DNA of 64,000 bases from NCBI GenBank assembly GCA_030704615.1, contig CM060731.1, positions 88,474,001 to 88,538,000 of the forward strand, in the 5' to 3' direction. The number at the start of each line of letters is the position of its first letter. Position 1 is the stretch's first letter. Of the stretch, positions 60,401-64,000 are shown piece after piece. A program made the translations under genes and the position numbers. This stretch comes from Takakia lepidozioides. Its lineage: Eukaryota > Plantae > Bryophyta. The notes below the pieces were generated by a model. The model ran no database searches. It was given only the letters and a program-made list of their open reading frames with translations, and was not told the DNA's origin.

Positions 60401-60926
60401 GGATTGGAGTTTTGTCGTAATCAAGCCTAAGAAGGTCACTGGAGCGGGAACCCGTTGTCTTCATCCTCCGCAATATGTCGATTACTGAGTGGACGGAAGT
60501 TGAGTCGGACGGTGTATGCTGAACACTCCTAGTGACGGACGACTTCGAAACATACGATGGAAGGACCATACAGTCTTCATCGTCACTGGATAAGTCGTGG
60601 ACGACTGTTTCCCTGTTTTCCTGGATTTCCATTTTCACATGTTTGGGCTTCTCTGCTTGTGAAGAGGTGCCCACATCCTTCACATCTTGCACGCCAGACC
60701 CTCTTGTGGAAGGAGGATCAACCAAGTTCCAGCGTGGGAACTCTTTAGGCACAATTTCACCAATGGCACTGTACCGGATGGATTCAGAAGCTGGGAGCCG
60801 CCACTCTTTGCCTTTTCCGAAATCTGCATGCAGAATGACGACACTTTCCAGAAAATTTCCATAAGCATCCTTTGTCTCCTCTTCCAAAAACACCGTTCCA
60901 GGGCGGAGCCCGAACTTCACACACAA
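57426..60926 (-). pseudogene. Mutator-like GCM-like/DDE/SWIM transposase, copy 3, nearly intact (one frameshift near 60260)
   Basis: Contains DGHPWC, VLCAGHLKC...TRACIHIGKQEHP, MFDHIRR, FMADNAQANWAAVRRVYG, CGFHF and PTTNMAESVH, and the SWIM motif CNCEDF...PCKHFY. Intron at 58854-58939. The true start is uncertain. Confidence 0.88.
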
Positions 60927-61209
60927 GTACTGCTCAGTGACAATCGCAAATCCTTAGTCGCAGGGTATTTTAGCTTTCAGAGAATCAGGATGGAAGTACA
61001 CGTTTACCCAAACACGGGAGTCCATTTTGAAGACGGGACCTCTCGGTACGCTCCGCAGCGAAGTCCTGCAATGAGAAGAGTGTGTCCTACCTAATAACAC
61101 AAATGATTTTCTGGAGGATTCCGTATCCAACAGGATGGGTGATCAGTGCACGTAAAGATGAAGGTGTGTAACGTACGTTACAAAAACGGACGACAACAAC
61201 AAGTTCACA

Positions 61210-61922
61210 TCGGATATTTGGTGCCTGAATTGTAATGTACAACCACTTGGGCTACAATAAATCAGGCCTTCCCATGAATTTCGGCACCGAAATCTGGATG
61301 AACATCTCTGTCATGTAACAACTTTGGAAGCCAGGGGATGAATTCCGGCAACAGAAATCGTAATTTGTTCACCTCATGAAACTGACCAAGCACCCAACGG
61401 ATGGATTTCGGTGCCGAAATTCGGATGAACATCTTCTTCATTAAATTGTTTCTGCACATAAGGGTTGAATTTGGATGCCAAAATACGGATGAATGTGTTC
61501 CTGATTACAGTCGTGATTCACCACGTGTCCGGATATCGGTGCCAACATCCGAATGACAGTAATCCTGAATCGGCAGAATGGATGTATTTCGGCGCCGAAA
61601 TTCATTCTTCATCTCCTTTTCCGACCCTAATTCTGTTGCCCTGCGGATGGATTTCGGTGGCGAAATTCATCTGAAGTCCTTTTTGTTTTTTTTTTCTTTG
61701 CGACAGATGAACTTCGGCGCCGAATCTCATCCAAGTACTCCCTTCTTATTTTCCTTTTTCTTCGCGAGCAATGAATTTCGGCGCCGAAATTCATCCGAAG
61801 TCCTCCCGAATTTTATTTTTTTTCTTTGCGAGCAATGAATGTCGGCGCCGAAATTCATCCGAAGTCCTCCCGATTTTTATTTTTTTTCTTCGCGAGGATT
61901 GGATTTCGGCACCGAAATTCGA
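61210..61922. repeat. Array of 12 palindromes GAATTTCGG-(CG/CA/TG)-CCGAAATTC at ~63-64 bp spacing
   Basis: Cores at 61219, 61282, 61346, 61409, ~61472, 61537, 61590, 61655, 61715, 61779, 61843 and 61907. Confidence 0.9.
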
Positions 61923-64000
61923 ACCTGCACTGCCGCTACCACTGTTACTCTGAGAAGCCCTCCCCTCAAAAATACCATCCTCACCAGCCGGAACTGTCCA
62001 CCTGGGTGCGGAAGTGTCCTCAACATTCCCCTCGCTCTCGGACGCGGATTCTATTACGAACTTCTCTACTCTGCCTTTCACAATTCTATGTTTGGCCTCA
62101 CGCCTCATTATAATTCTCTGTTTATTCCCATATGTCAATTGCTCTAACCGAGTAGGCCTATCCTCCCTCCTGATGGCTTCTCTAGCAGCCGTGTCTGCAT
62201 AGGCTGGTAGAAAAAAGGGCTTATGGGGACTCGCGAGAAACGATTTTCTGGCAAAGAATGGCCGATGCGATTCTGTCTCCTCCTCTGCAACAGGGTCCGA
62301 TTCGGGCAAGTCTCCCAGCTTCTCCTCGTCGGACGACTCTGCAAGGCTAAGTGTACGCACAAACATAGAATGAAGTACATTAGAGAATTCAAACAGGGAA
62401 TCATCGGCAAGTTGCATGGTCCCTACAACCGAAACCAATACACTTACTATGGTGCAACTCACTCGAAGACAGACATTGGGGGAAGCGGCTTCGGGTGCCC
62501 CTTCATCGAACGAATTTCCTGGACTTCCTCCTCTTCATCTTCCTCCTCCCCTTCCACGTCCTCTTTTGCGTTTTTGGGATCCTCAGTTGGAGGCAGACGC
62601 TGAAGGCCCGCCAAATTGTAATCGTACAAGGCCGTATCCCCCTCAAATGAGAACACAAATCGGTTCGACATCCTTCCCGTCCACATACAGGCACCTGCGA
62701 ATTCATACGATACAACCACAGCCAAACTCAAGAATGAGTCGCTTCCTCGCACAAGCAAACATACACAAACGGAAATGGTGTCAGTTTCGGTGCCGCATTC
62801 AATTAACGTTCTCACCTGTATTTGCAGTGACGTCGAGGACCCTGCCTTCAACATCCGTACACGTTTCCATGAGCGTTTGGATGAATGCAGGACTTCTGGT
62901 CCTGCCATACCTCCATGGCTTGCCCAACAAATCACAAAGAATGTCCTTCTCTCCCACATGGTTGAACATGACGTTATACTCCAGTGGATCAACTGTGGAA
63001 TCAACAAGTCTTCTTGCTTCACGTAATTTGAATTTCGAATGTTCCTTCACGAAGCAAAATGCCTGAAAGATAAGAGTCTGCAGAGAAGGAAATGAAAACG
63101 TCAGAGGTGGCCTACACGTACAGGGGCAATTTCGGCGCAGAAATTGACATAGCAGAGGAGAACCACAACATACCTTCTAGCCATCTTTGAGAAGACCCTG
63201 CGTGTTGATGCAAGTCCAGATCTTTTTCAGGATGGGTGCTACACTTCTCCCCGTCCATACTTTGATATCATTCTCAGTGATTTCTCCATCGGCTGCTAGC
63301 ACAACAACACAGCCAACGTCGTCCAACATGTTGGCTGCGAACCCGAATGTGTGGCTCCAGTATCTTTCGTCGTACTTGTTCCACCAGGGTACTGAGCCCA
63401 GCCCCAGTATCTCCTGCCCATCTGGGATATCCACAAGGATCATGTCGATGGAGGCTTTCACCGCCCTGCCCCCGACTGTGCTCTTTTTGCCGTGGCTCAT
63501 CGCCACAAAATACTCCATCATCTTTGTGTAGCCAGGAGTGTCCTCCATATCATTGCCAGTGGCCTTCCTCTTCCCCTTCCCCTGGTGGGCCTCGATCGCC
63601 TTCCTCAATCTCGTTATCTCCAGCCTTCTGGTCAGAGCAGTTAGGAAATTTTCATTAACACACTCCACAATTGTGGGTGTTTTGAGGACTTCCCTGCCCG
63701 CAATGTGCACCGCACGGTAGGGTTTGCCAGGTGCATCCTCATATAGTGATCTCTTTGCAGCCGACCCCCCGGAGCGCTGGCCCTTGTGAATTTTCGGACG
63801 AGGTGTGGCCCCCTGGGTGTTTTTCCTGCTGGAAATCGTCGTCGGAATCCTCCTCATCTGGCTGACTGTGTTGCTGCTTCTTCTTCTTGGGTGTGGGGGT
63901 CTTCGTCTCTTGCCCCTGTTTGCGTGTTCTTTTCTTCCTGTCCTTGGGCTGCTCAGCTGTCTGTTTCTCCATCTGCTCCTTCGCCAACGCTGCCGCCTTG
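61900..64000 (-). pseudogene. Spliced N6/N4 methyltransferase-like gene, copy C; 5' part lies outside the window
   Basis: Contains IDMILVDIPD, ANMLDDVGCVVVL, RSPAFIQTLMETCTDVEGRVLDVTANTG and ACMWTGRMSNRFVFSFEGD. Introns at 63078-63173 and 62695-62815. The C-terminal exon FFARKSF...RWTVPAGEDGIFE matches copy A. Stop at 63177. Confidence 0.72.

Noticed and set aside
61210-61922. CRISPR array
   Set aside because: The repeats are degenerate, the right-hand spacers are duplicates, and there are no cas genes. Kept as a cis-site array.

Overview
Eukaryotic, intron-containing, transposon-dense DNA from a land plant. A PLS-type PPR fragment and CACTA, Mutator and Ty3 elements are present. A non-seed plant such as a fern or lycophyte is plausible but not provable from this window. 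No intact host gene was found. Content: (i) two decayed copies of the 3' end of a Ty3/Gypsy LTR retrotransposon with a ~1,250-aa sense extra ORF, the second carrying two ~0.55-0.6 kb inversions; (ii) a large CACTA element with TnpD and TnpA-like genes head-to-head; (iii) a complete non-autonomous CACTA (50361-55374, TSD CAT) carrying a captured PPR fragment; (iv) several copies of what looks like one Mutator-like family. That family combines a GCM-like/DDE/SWIM transposase (3 copies), a spliced gene for a beta-class N6/N4 DNA-methyltransferase-like protein with a remodelled catalytic motif (3 copies, one showing an N-terminal ParB-like DGNHR domain) and a small unknown Cys/Trp protein (3 copies). 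It also has arrays of copy-specific CG-rich palindromes whose spacings sit near multiples of the DNA helical repeat (33, 53, 63, 74, 83, 116, 126 bp). Item (iv) is the candidate undescribed system. All domain calls come from motif recognition by eye; no searches were run.
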